Shown here: positions 26,771-34,452 of the stretch, piece after piece
Layout of the letters: each line of letters opens with the position of its first letter
Position numbering within the stretch: the first letter of the stretch is position 1
NCBI GenBank assembly: GCA_964581535.1
Contig: CAZOOW010000005.1
Coordinates: forward strand, 8,140 to 72,139
Reading direction: 5' to 3'
Source: an uncultured Candidatus Saccharibacteria bacterium
GTDB lineage: Bacteria > Patescibacteriota > Saccharimonadia > Saccharimonadales > Saccharimonadaceae
Length of the DNA stretch: 64,000 bases
Translations under genes and position numbers: made by a program
The notes under the pieces: model-generated
Told to the model about the DNA's origin: nothing
The model's database searches: none
The model's input: the letters and a program-made list of their open reading frames with translations, nothing else

Positions 26771-27490
26771 ATGCAAAACCGTCGGAACAAATCATTTGCC
26801 AGCTATGAGCGCTCTTCGCGTGTGGCCGCGCCTGCAGGCGTAAGGAAGGTTGGTAGATTTTGGGCGCTGAGCGCTGTTTTGCTTGTAGGACTGGTCTTTT
26901 TTGTTCGTCATGACACACCACAAGCTTCTGCAGAACAGGCGACGAAACCCACCGTCGCCGGAAAAAGAGCAGCACCCTTAAAACCATTTCCTACTATCGA
27001 TACGGGGACGCTTACGACAGTCCAAAAAAAGCTACTCGGCCTAGCAAAAAAGGAGTACTATAAGCGGCCGATCGGATACGACGAAACAGTTATGAAATAT
27101 ACCGAAGGTGTCGAGGAGTCCTGGTGTGCGGACTTTATTAGCTGGCTACGTTTTGAGGCGGGAATACCATGGACGCACCCTGAAACGAAGTATTGGCGGA
27201 TCGCTGGTGTTGGCAGCGTAAAGGACTACTATTTGGCAGCAGATGCATATGTCGAGGCGGATAAGCTGGAAGGATACGTTCCGAGACTCGGTGATGTGCT
27301 GTTTTATTTTGGTGAAACGCCCGATGGTGGAAGTTCGGAGCATATCGCGATGGTTCTGCAGAGCGATGGTAAAACAGTAACGACTATTGGCGGAAATGAA
27401 ACGGACAAATCTATTTTGCAAGTCAGGACCAACAAACTCCAACTCGGTGAACGAGGCCTCGTCGCGGTCGGAAAAACCGCGGTTGATTGA
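26771..27490 (+). CDS. membrane-anchored CHAP-domain amidase/peptidase
   Basis: N-terminal TM segment, catalytic-Cys context ESWCADFISW, and downstream SEHIAMV..TIGGNE. Confidence 0.65.
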   Translation: MQNRRNKSFASYERSSRVAAPAGVRKVGRFWALSAVLLVGLVFFVRHDTPQASAEQATKPTVAGKRAAPLKPFPTIDTGTLTTVQKKLLGLAKKEYYKRPIGYDETVMKYTEGVEESWCADFISWLRFEAGIPWTHPETKYWRIAGVGSVKDYYLAADAYVEADKLEGYVPRLGDVLFYFGETPDGGSSEHIAMVLQSDGKTVTTIGGNETDKSILQVRTNKLQLGERGLVAVGKTAVD

Positions 27491-27492
27491 TC

Positions 27493-27954
27493 ATGAGCAA
27501 ACCCAAAGAAAAGTTCTTTAGTGACATCTCTGACGCGGCATCCAGGCTAGAAGGTGACGTAAACAAACGAGTCCTTGTCGCGCAGGCGATTCTAGAGTCC
27601 GGCTGGGGACAAAGCGATCTGGCGACGAAACATCATAACTATTTCGGAATAAAAGCCGGTAGCAAATGGTCAGGAAAAGTCGTAGAGTACAAAACGCGAG
27701 AAGTCATAAACGGGCGGGAAGAGATGCAGACAGCGTCCTTTCGTTCATATGCCTCGCCGGAAGAAGGACTCAGAGACTACATCAATTTTATTGCCCATAG
27801 TCCGTATTTTTCCGAAGCACTGCAGTTTCCAGACGATGATGGCGCCTATCTGGACATTTTAGTAGGCCGGGAAGTCAAATACGCTACCGATCCAAACTAT
27901 AAACAACTGATTCTGGACATTATAGAGACTAGTCGTCTTCGTGAACGTTTATAA
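27493..27954 (+). CDS. N-acetylglucosaminidase (mannosyl-glycoprotein endo-beta-N-acetylglucosaminidase family)
   Basis: AQAILESGWGQS..NYFGIKA..YATDPNYK motifs. ATG 27493 lies just after the upstream TGA. Confidence 0.75.
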   Translation: MSKPKEKFFSDISDAASRLEGDVNKRVLVAQAILESGWGQSDLATKHHNYFGIKAGSKWSGKVVEYKTREVINGREEMQTASFRSYASPEEGLRDYINFIAHSPYFSEALQFPDDDGAYLDILVGREVKYATDPNYKQLILDIIETSRLRERL

Positions 27955-27960
27955 ACTAAA

Positions 27961-27988
27961 CAGCCCCGGGTAGAACCGGGGCTGTTTT
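27961..27988. terminator. bidirectional intrinsic terminator
   Basis: CAGCCCCGG / CCGGGGCTG 9-bp stem with a T-run on the plus strand and an A-rich 5' flank. It lies between convergent genes. Confidence 0.7.
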
Positions 27989-28040
27989 AAGGGTGTCTGA
28001 AGGACTTCCTCCCTGAGACAGGAAAGAGCGGTCAGACTCT

Positions 28041-28823
28041 CTAGCCAAGAATGTTGCGGCGTGAACGTACGAAGTACGTTGCAGCTGCAGTTACCGCACC
28101 GAGGCCAAGCATAGCAGCGAATGTGCTAGCAGGACCTGTTGCAGCGATAGTTGCAGGAGCTGCAGGTTTCGCAGGAGTCTGAGGAGTTTGTGGCGTTACT
28201 GGTGTAGCGTCACATTTGCTCAAATCCTTTGTGTGCTTCGTAGCGTCAAACTCGTTCTCTTTGATCGTTATGATCGTCTTGGTACCGAGTTCACAGACTT
28301 TGATGTCTTTTACGACAGGGGCGGTGTCACAAGTAACCTTAGCTTGGAACTGAACGAATTCAGCCGTTGAGCCGTTTAGGCTTCCCATGTTAACGCCGGT
28401 TGTAGTAATTGTGTCACCAAGTGTTTCAAGTACGGTACCGTTTTCGCTGAGGTTCTGGGTAGAACCAGCAACGTATGCGAGCGTACCCTTGTCGAGGTTA
28501 ACCTGAACACTTCCCGAAGTGCTTGTTGTCTGACCAGCAGCGTTAGTTGCTGAAACAGTCGTTGCACCGGCAAGCGTCGTTTTAACCATGACGTTTGAAA
28601 GCAGACCAAATTCGCCGTTAGCGATCATGGTGCTGAACTTTACGGTGTCACCACAAGTAGCGCTAACGCTTTTAGCGTAGTCGGTACCTTTAGTAACGTT
28701 CTTAACTTTGTAAAAGTTTTCACTGTTTTGCAGCTGACCAGGGCTGTCGGCAAAGACAGGTGCGGTAGCCGCAAGGGTTGGTACTACAGCCAAAGCTGCA
28801 GCAAAAAGAGCTAATTTCTTCAT
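28041..28823 (-). CDS. secreted surface protein with LAXTG-like (IAATG) cell-wall sorting signal
   Basis: Signal peptide MKKLALFAAALAVVPTLAATAPVFA. The C-terminus carries IAATG (28134-28148), then a hydrophobic segment, then RSRRN. Confidence 0.7.
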   Translation of the reverse strand: MKKLALFAAALAVVPTLAATAPVFADSPGQLQNSENFYKVKNVTKGTDYAKSVSATCGDTVKFSTMIANGEFGLLSNVMVKTTLAGATTVSATNAAGQTTSTSGSVQVNLDKGTLAYVAGSTQNLSENGTVLETLGDTITTTGVNMGSLNGSTAEFVQFQAKVTCDTAPVVKDIKVCELGTKTIITIKENEFDATKHTKDLSKCDATPVTPQTPQTPAKPAAPATIAATGPASTFAAMLGLGAVTAAATYFVRSRRNILG

Positions 28824-28867
28824 AAACTTCTCCTTATGTGAGTTGAAAGCTTATTGACTTGATATAG

Positions 28868-28886
28868 GCAAACTAGATAGTCATTG
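28868..28886. repeat. left 19-bp inverted repeat (GCAAACTAGATAGTCATTG)
   Basis: Perfect reverse complement of 30602-30620. Confidence 0.9.
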
Positions 28887-28900
28887 AATCTCTAAAAGTT

Positions 28901-28943
28901 GAGTTGCGGGGGTGCGGATTTTTAGGTCCGCACCCCCTCAACT
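28901..28943 (-). terminator. intrinsic terminator of the GC-rich gene
   Basis: 11-bp stem GGGGGTGCGGA / TCCGCACCCCC, extended by 5 more bp, with a TTTT tract downstream in the minus sense. Confidence 0.65.
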
Positions 28944-28959
28944 ACTGCGTTGACCTAGC

Positions 28960-30444
28960 TCACGGGGTCGTTGGCCAGGACTTGATGGTGAAAGGCGCTG
29001 TCGTCTGAGTGACCGACTTTCCGGTCACCGAGTCGGTGGCCGTGACGGTGATTGTGTCCTTTCCGCCTGGCGGCACCTCGGTAGGCGCCGTGTAGGCAGA
29101 GCAAACCTGCACACCGTCAGCAGCCGGCTTCTTCACCGTGGTGAAGGAGCCGAACCGAGCCGTCCAGACGACCTCTCCGCTGTGACCAGCGGGGAAGTCG
29201 ACGGTGACACAGTGGTCCATCGTGGTCGGCATTCCGGGCAACGACACGTAGAGGTCATTGAACTCCCGGAACTGGATGAAGGTCGGTGCCGGGTAGACGC
29301 ACTCCGCCACGTTGACCGTGAACGGGGCCGACTTGTTGGCCGTGACGAGCAACGCGGTGCCGTTGTAGGAACCCGGAGCAAGCCCCGGGAACTCGAACGT
29401 CACACTGCTGTTCGCCGCCACCAACTTGGTGTAGGTCTGGCCTCGGAAGGTCAGCTTCACCGTGTCGTCGTTGGCGTTCGGGTTGAACACAGTGACCTGA
29501 GCGGTCGTCGTGTCACCCGGCGCCACGCACGCCATCGGCGCAACGTTCACAGTCGGCGAATCGTAAGTCACCGGCTGCTCGGGAACGTTGCAGACGATCT
29601 TGGCATTGACGTCGGTCTTTGCCTTCGCCATCGCTGTCGCCGATGCGTTGCCCTTCAGAGAGTTCTTGAGGTCAACGAGCAGCTGACCACGCGTGCCCTC
29701 CACCTTGGCGTCGAGCTTGGACTTGCTCCAGCCCCACACCTTGGCGACAGCCTTGGACGCGGCATCGGCAGTCGCTTGAGCGCTCGCCGAGGTACCGGCA
29801 CACGGACCGGTCGCCAGTGTTGCGGCGACAGTGCTCGTGGACTTGGCAGTGGCGCTTGCCACAGCCTTCGCCCACAGCTTCTGTCGCTGAACAACCTTGT
29901 AGCGACCCTTGAAAACCTTCGTCTTCTTGACCGCAGGAGGCTTCCATTTGACAACGTTGCCGCACTTGACGACGCGCCAGACCTTGCCGTCAAAGCAGAT
30001 CTTGACGCCGCCCGCGGGGGCGACCTTCTTGATCCAGTGGCGGTGTCCGGTCGAGTCGTAGTAGTCGTTGACGTAGGTGGTCCCAGCCGGAATCACCTTG
30101 CATGACTGCTGCTGCGACTGCGGCAGACCGTCCGGCATGATGAAGCTCAGAACGAGCCGGCCATCAGCCGTCGTGCGGGCCTTTGCCTTGGCGATGGCCT
30201 TAGCCGATGAGAAGCCGTCAGCGTGAGCGCACACCTCGTAGGTGTAGTTCACACCGTCAGAGGACTCGTTCGTGGTCTCGCAGAGGTTCTCGCGCATCTG
30301 CTCCGCGAGGGAGCTGAAGAACGAGGAGGCCTTCTGGTCGACGACACTGTCGGCGGCGTTCGCGGCGGGTGCCGTGAACGAGAACATGCTCAGCATCACG
30401 GCGAGCGCCGTGAAGAGAGCGGCGATGAGCTTGCGCATCATCAT
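28960..30444 (-). CDS. secreted Ala/Lys-rich protein with C-terminal beta-rich (Ig-like?) region, high-GC codon usage
   Basis: SD GGAG 30446-30449 followed by three consecutive Met codons (30436-30444). Signal peptide MRKLIAALFTALAVMLSMFSFTAPAANA. G/C dominates third codon positions. The ORF-track GTG start at 30540 was rejected. Confidence 0.7.
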   Translation of the reverse strand: MMMRKLIAALFTALAVMLSMFSFTAPAANAADSVVDQKASSFFSSLAEQMRENLCETTNESSDGVNYTYEVCAHADGFSSAKAIAKAKARTTADGRLVLSFIMPDGLPQSQQQSCKVIPAGTTYVNDYYDSTGHRHWIKKVAPAGGVKICFDGKVWRVVKCGNVVKWKPPAVKKTKVFKGRYKVVQRQKLWAKAVASATAKSTSTVAATLATGPCAGTSASAQATADAASKAVAKVWGWSKSKLDAKVEGTRGQLLVDLKNSLKGNASATAMAKAKTDVNAKIVCNVPEQPVTYDSPTVNVAPMACVAPGDTTTAQVTVFNPNANDDTVKLTFRGQTYTKLVAANSSVTFEFPGLAPGSYNGTALLVTANKSAPFTVNVAECVYPAPTFIQFREFNDLYVSLPGMPTTMDHCVTVDFPAGHSGEVVWTARFGSFTTVKKPAADGVQVCSAYTAPTEVPPGGKDTITVTATDSVTGKSVTQTTAPFTIKSWPTTP

Positions 30445-30601
30445 ACTCCTTTCGGATCTCGTCGTAAGCTGGCTGTTCCAGCTGGTGGTACGACTTATCC
30501 TATGCACGCAAATACATATGCACACGATAAGCCGTACCACCCCAAATTGCAGTAGTTGATGTCTTGGGCACTTGCGAGTACAAAGACTCTAGCTAGAAAC
30601 C

Positions 30602-30620
30602 CAATGACTATCTAGTTTGC
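30602..30620. repeat. right 19-bp inverted repeat (CAATGACTATCTAGTTTGC)
   Basis: Perfect reverse complement of 28868-28886. Confidence 0.9.
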
Positions 30621-30767
30621 GAGTAACTTACGTTAAAACACGTGAAAAAGCGTCGCAAACTCTTGGCTAGATTGTTAAACGACGCCTCACGATCAGAAGG
30701 GGTTCCTCCAGAGTATGCCTGGATCAGGCTGTCTCCTTTGTTTCCCACCTCGCCTGAGGTTGCTTAC

Positions 30768-30796
30768 ATAGTATCACAAAAAAGAGCTAATGTCAA
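30768..30796 (-). promoter_or_regulatory. sigma70-type promoter pointing toward the surface-protein genes
   Basis: In the minus sense: TTGACA (30796-30791), 17-nt spacer, TACTAT (30773-30768). It lies outside the IR-bounded cassette. Confidence 0.45.
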
Positions 30797-30957
30797 TATC
30801 TTTTCCCATGTTTATAAAAAAACACAAGAATTATAAGCAAAAGTGTCACCACCTCTGTTGATGTTCATTTTCATTCATTATGACGAAACATGCATAAAAT
30901 ACCTGTTTAACAGATGAAAAGTACATCAAAAAAGCTGTCTCAGGCTATACTGGTAGA

Positions 30958-32568
30958 GTGAACGACAAACTCTTAAAAAAACTAAAGGAATTACCTGCTG
31001 AACCAGGAGTATATTTCCATAAATCGCGCTCAGGAGAGGTTATTTACGTGGGAAAAGCGGCCAGTCTTCGCAACAGGGTGCGGCAGTATTTCCAAAAGTC
31101 TCGTCTGCGTGATGTCAAAACCGACGCACTCGTGGCTGAAATAACAGATACGGAGTGGATACCGGTCGAAACGGAGCTCGATGCGTTGTTTCTAGAGTCG
31201 GAAATGATAAAGCGCTACAAACCACGCTATAACGTTTTGCTACGCGATGACAAAAGCCAGTTGTATGTCCGTATCCCGATGAATGACGCGTATCCGGCCA
31301 TAACCTATACTCGTGGCCCGCTCGATGATGGTGCGACGTATTTCGGCCCCTACTATAACGGGTGGGCTGTGCGAAAGGCACTCAGGTATCTGCGGCGCGT
31401 TTTCCCCTATAGTACCCACGAAACGCTGCCAAAACGGCTTTGCCTGCAGTACCATATCGGCCTTTGTCCAGGGGTCGAAGCGCAGAAAATTTCTTCCGTC
31501 GCCTATAAGGAGACTCTAAAAAAGCTAATCCGCTACCTGAAGGGTGAGCGTAAAGCTCTCATCAAAGAGATTGAGCGGGATATGAAAAAAGCGGCGAGTG
31601 AGCATGATTTCGAACGAGCGGCACTGCTTCGCAACCGTTTGCGTAACTTGCATGAGCTGCAGCGGCAGATTGTTTTTGGCGACAGGGAATTTATGGATAT
31701 CAGCAAAGATCAGGGGTTGGCTGGGCTCCAGACGCTACTTGGGCTCCAGACTGTACCAAAACGAATCGAAGGCTATGACATTTCCCACATGAGCGGAACA
31801 AACAATGTCGCGAGCATGGTCGTAGCAACAAACGGACTGGCAGACAAGAGTCAGTACCGCAAGTTTAAGATGCGTTTGCCGGGTAACGATGATTTTGGCC
31901 ATATGCGCGAAACCATGAGCAGGCGCTTCAGCAAAAAACATGACGACTGGCCCCGACCTGATCTGATAGTTATCGACGGGGGAAAAGGGCAGCTGTCGGC
32001 TGCAGCTGGGGTTGTAAGAGAGCTAGGTATCGATATTCCGATGATCGGGCTTGCGAAGCGGGATGAACAGATCGTGGTCTCAGCAACTCTTTCCGATGTT
32101 AGCCTGAATATCCCGGGTATCAAAGCATGGGCACGAGAAAAGAGTCCTTTCGATGAACCGCATACTATGCCGCTCGGCGGCAAAGCGCTCGAAAGTAAGT
32201 ACGTCGCATTGTATACGCAAGATGGCTATATGGCAGGAACGGAAGACGAAGGCGATTTTACCCTAGTGAGTCTGCCGAAAAACCACCATATTGTGAAACT
32301 GCTGCAACGTCTTCGGGACGAATCACACCGGTTCGCCGTCAGCTACCATTCCACGCTAAAACGAAAAGGCGCGACAAAAAGCATCCTAGATGATATACCC
32401 GGTGTTGGATCTGCGACCAGAAAAAAAATCGTAGCAAGTTTTGGCAGTGGGCTAGGGGCAAAAACTGCTTCGCGGGAGCAGCTTCAGGCAGTCGTTGGCG
32501 ACAAGCTCGGCAACAAGATATATGCGTGGTTTCACCCGGAGAACGAAAAAGCCAAAGCGAGCGAGTAA
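30958..32568 (+). CDS. uvrC: excinuclease ABC subunit C
   Basis: GIY-YIG (GVYFHKS..VIYVGKA..LRNRV), UVR motif (FERAALLRNRL), endonuclease V-like domain, and C-terminal HhH (DDIPGVG). GTG start. Confidence 0.9.
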   Translation: MNDKLLKKLKELPAEPGVYFHKSRSGEVIYVGKAASLRNRVRQYFQKSRLRDVKTDALVAEITDTEWIPVETELDALFLESEMIKRYKPRYNVLLRDDKSQLYVRIPMNDAYPAITYTRGPLDDGATYFGPYYNGWAVRKALRYLRRVFPYSTHETLPKRLCLQYHIGLCPGVEAQKISSVAYKETLKKLIRYLKGERKALIKEIERDMKKAASEHDFERAALLRNRLRNLHELQRQIVFGDREFMDISKDQGLAGLQTLLGLQTVPKRIEGYDISHMSGTNNVASMVVATNGLADKSQYRKFKMRLPGNDDFGHMRETMSRRFSKKHDDWPRPDLIVIDGGKGQLSAAAGVVRELGIDIPMIGLAKRDEQIVVSATLSDVSLNIPGIKAWAREKSPFDEPHTMPLGGKALESKYVALYTQDGYMAGTEDEGDFTLVSLPKNHHIVKLLQRLRDESHRFAVSYHSTLKRKGATKSILDDIPGVGSATRKKIVASFGSGLGAKTASREQLQAVVGDKLGNKIYAWFHPENEKAKASE

Positions 32569-32578
32569 ACTTAGTACT

Positions 32579-33781
32579 ATGAACGCGTCATTTTTCGAGT
32601 TAAATCGCTCACGTCTTAGGGAATCGCTAAAGCACGGCTCGCTTATCGTTATAACAGGGTATGGGGAGATGCAGCACAGGCATGACTGCGTTGTACCATT
32701 TGCTCAGGAGGCGAATTTTTACTACCTCACAGGAATCACGGAGCCGGATTGGTGGTGGATGCAAGATGGCATCAGCGGGAAAGAATACCTAGTAAGACCA
32801 GATATGAGCGAGCAGAAACAAATCTTTGACGGCAGTTTGTCGAATTTCGATGCTACGCGTGCAAGTGGAATAAAAAATATCATCGGTAGGGACGAGGCTA
32901 TGCGTGTAATGCGCACCTGGGCAAAAACGCATAGTATTGTCTACACTACTGAACAACCTCGTTTTCTAACTGAGATGAATATGCAGCTGAATCATGCGCA
33001 AAGCGAGTTACATAAGGTGTTAGAACGAACATTTAAAACTGTTCAAGTGTGTACTCGGGAGCTCGCGCAGCTCAGAGCTATAAAACAGCCTGAGGAGATT
33101 GTCGCCATTGAAAAAGCTATAACTATCACTATTAAGGCCTTTGAGGCGGCAAAAATAGCGCTGAAGACTGCAAAATATGAATACGAGATAGAAGCAGCGA
33201 TGACTCATGAGATTCGTCGGGGCGGTGCCTCGGGGCACGCCTATACACCGATTGTTGCCGCTGGGGGTAATGCCTGCACACTTCATTATGTACAGAACAA
33301 CCAGTCACTACGAAAGAAAGAGCTCCTTCTCATCGATGTGGGCGCCTGCGTTGACGGATATGCCGCGGATATAACCCGGACGTATGCAATAGGTACTCCG
33401 AGCAAGCGCCAAAAAACCGTACATGCGGCTGTATGCGAGGTTCAGTCGCGGTGCATTAATTTGCTTAAACCGGGGCTTAGTTTTCAGGAGTACGAAGAGC
33501 GGGTGAGAACAATCATGGAAGGCGCGATCGACAAACTGGGGTTGCCAGTCGCCGACTACCGCAAATATTTCCCTCATGCTATAGGACATGGACTAGGGCT
33601 CGACGTACACGACGCACTGCATGCTGAAAAGCAACCAGTTTTTCAACCTGGGATGGTGGTCACTGTTGAGCCGGGGATTTATATACCAGGGGAACGAATC
33701 GGAGTGCGTATAGAAGACGATGTTCTCATAACAGAGAATGGGCATAAGAACTTGAGTGCAAAATTGTCGACGGACTGGTAA
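32579..33781 (+). CDS. pepP: Xaa-Pro aminopeptidase (M24B)
   Basis: Metal ligands in DVGACVDGYAADITRT, HGLGLDVHD and VEPGIY..RIED. ATG 32579 was chosen; the ORF-track start at 32495 overlaps uvrC. Confidence 0.88.
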   Translation: MNASFFELNRSRLRESLKHGSLIVITGYGEMQHRHDCVVPFAQEANFYYLTGITEPDWWWMQDGISGKEYLVRPDMSEQKQIFDGSLSNFDATRASGIKNIIGRDEAMRVMRTWAKTHSIVYTTEQPRFLTEMNMQLNHAQSELHKVLERTFKTVQVCTRELAQLRAIKQPEEIVAIEKAITITIKAFEAAKIALKTAKYEYEIEAAMTHEIRRGGASGHAYTPIVAAGGNACTLHYVQNNQSLRKKELLLIDVGACVDGYAADITRTYAIGTPSKRQKTVHAAVCEVQSRCINLLKPGLSFQEYEERVRTIMEGAIDKLGLPVADYRKYFPHAIGHGLGLDVHDALHAEKQPVFQPGMVVTVEPGIYIPGERIGVRIEDDVLITENGHKNLSAKLSTDW

Positions 33782-33806
33782 TACCTAAGGTATAATGAAC
33801 CCAAAT

Positions 33807-34193
33807 ATGCGAAAACAATTTGCGGTCTTTGTACTGCGCTGGATATTGAACTCGTTCGGGTTGTGGTTGGCTAGCCGTATGCTCGGTGCTAGCTTTGATG
33901 ATACCGGAGCATCGACCACGACTTTTATGTTGGCCGGCCTTATCTTGTCATTAGTCAACAGCCTGCTCAAACCGATCGTAGTTGTCCTTGCATTACCTGC
34001 TATTCTAGTCACGCTTGGACTATTTATGTTGGTAGTTAACGGCCTGATGGTCTACATTGCCCTCAAATTCGTTCCTCATATGGATATAAGCTTTCTCGCG
34101 GCGATATTGGTCGGAGTTATCATCAGTCTGTTAAACTATATTATCAGTGGATTGCTCGAGATACAGGGTAATACGAAGGAGATATCCGTATGA
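33807..34193 (+). CDS. DUF360 / phage-holin-4-like four-TM membrane protein
   Basis: LLKPIVVVLALPAILVTLGLFMLVVNGLMVY motif. ATG 33807 is preferred because TATAAT 33791-33796 overlaps the ORF-track start. Confidence 0.6.
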   Translation: MRKQFAVFVLRWILNSFGLWLASRMLGASFDDTGASTTTFMLAGLILSLVNSLLKPIVVVLALPAILVTLGLFMLVVNGLMVYIALKFVPHMDISFLAAILVGVIISLLNYIISGLLEIQGNTKEISV

Positions 34194-34432
34194 ATGACAT
34201 TATGAAAACAATCGTTGACTTTATGCCTATCGTCACTGTGATAACAGCGGTTCTGATGACGCTTTTTATCTTGCTTCAAGCACGCGGCGCCAGTCTTGGG
34301 GCAGGGTTTGGAAGTTCGGGTGAGCTTTTTACGACGCGTCGCGGTATCGACAAAAGCCTATATGAGGCTACGATTGTGGTTGCGGTGCTGTTCGTGCTGT
34401 CTATACTCATCAGTCTCATAGTAGCGAAATAG
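34190..34432 (+). CDS. secG: preprotein translocase subunit SecG
   Basis: 80 aa with two TM segments and LLQARGASLGAGFGSSGELFTTRRG, typical of SecG. Confidence 0.8.
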   Translation: MNDIMKTIVDFMPIVTVITAVLMTLFILLQARGASLGAGFGSSGELFTTRRGIDKSLYEATIVVAVLFVLSILISLIVAK

Positions 34433-34452
34433 GAGGGGCGGGAAAGAGGAAA

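Larger units (their letters stand above)
28868..30620. mobile_element. candidate horizontally acquired GC-rich cassette bounded by 19-bp inverted repeats, no transposase
   Basis: Perfect 19-bp IRs enclose a terminator, one GC3-rich gene and its structured leader. GC is roughly 60 percent or more by hand count of sample lines, against high 40s outside. Confidence 0.35.

Noticed and set aside
29182-30105. A 307-aa plus-strand ORF and several other long ORFs (29133-29381, 29655-29993, 29672-29965, 30223-30555, 30272-30559) overlapping the GC-rich gene.
   Set aside because: They are Arg/Gly/His/Val-rich low-complexity translations, typical of stop-codon-poor high-GC DNA. Only the minus-strand frame 28960-30444 has an SD, a signal peptide and G/C-dominated third positions.
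28858-30630. Target-site duplication flanking the 19-bp inverted repeats.
   Set aside because: The flanks (..TTGATATAG|G on the left, GAGTAACTT.. on the right) share no direct repeat of 2 nt or more in register. Transposition cannot be asserted from the sequence alone.
30642-30836. 64-aa ORF in the uvrC upstream intergenic region.
   Set aside because: It has a GTG start without an SD and no recognisable features. The region is better explained as the promoter and leader for the minus-strand surface-protein genes.
32495-32578. Upstream extension of the aminopeptidase ORF into the uvrC 3' end.
   Set aside because: It is out-of-frame overlap with the conserved uvrC C-terminus. ATG 32579 gives a normal M24B N-terminus.
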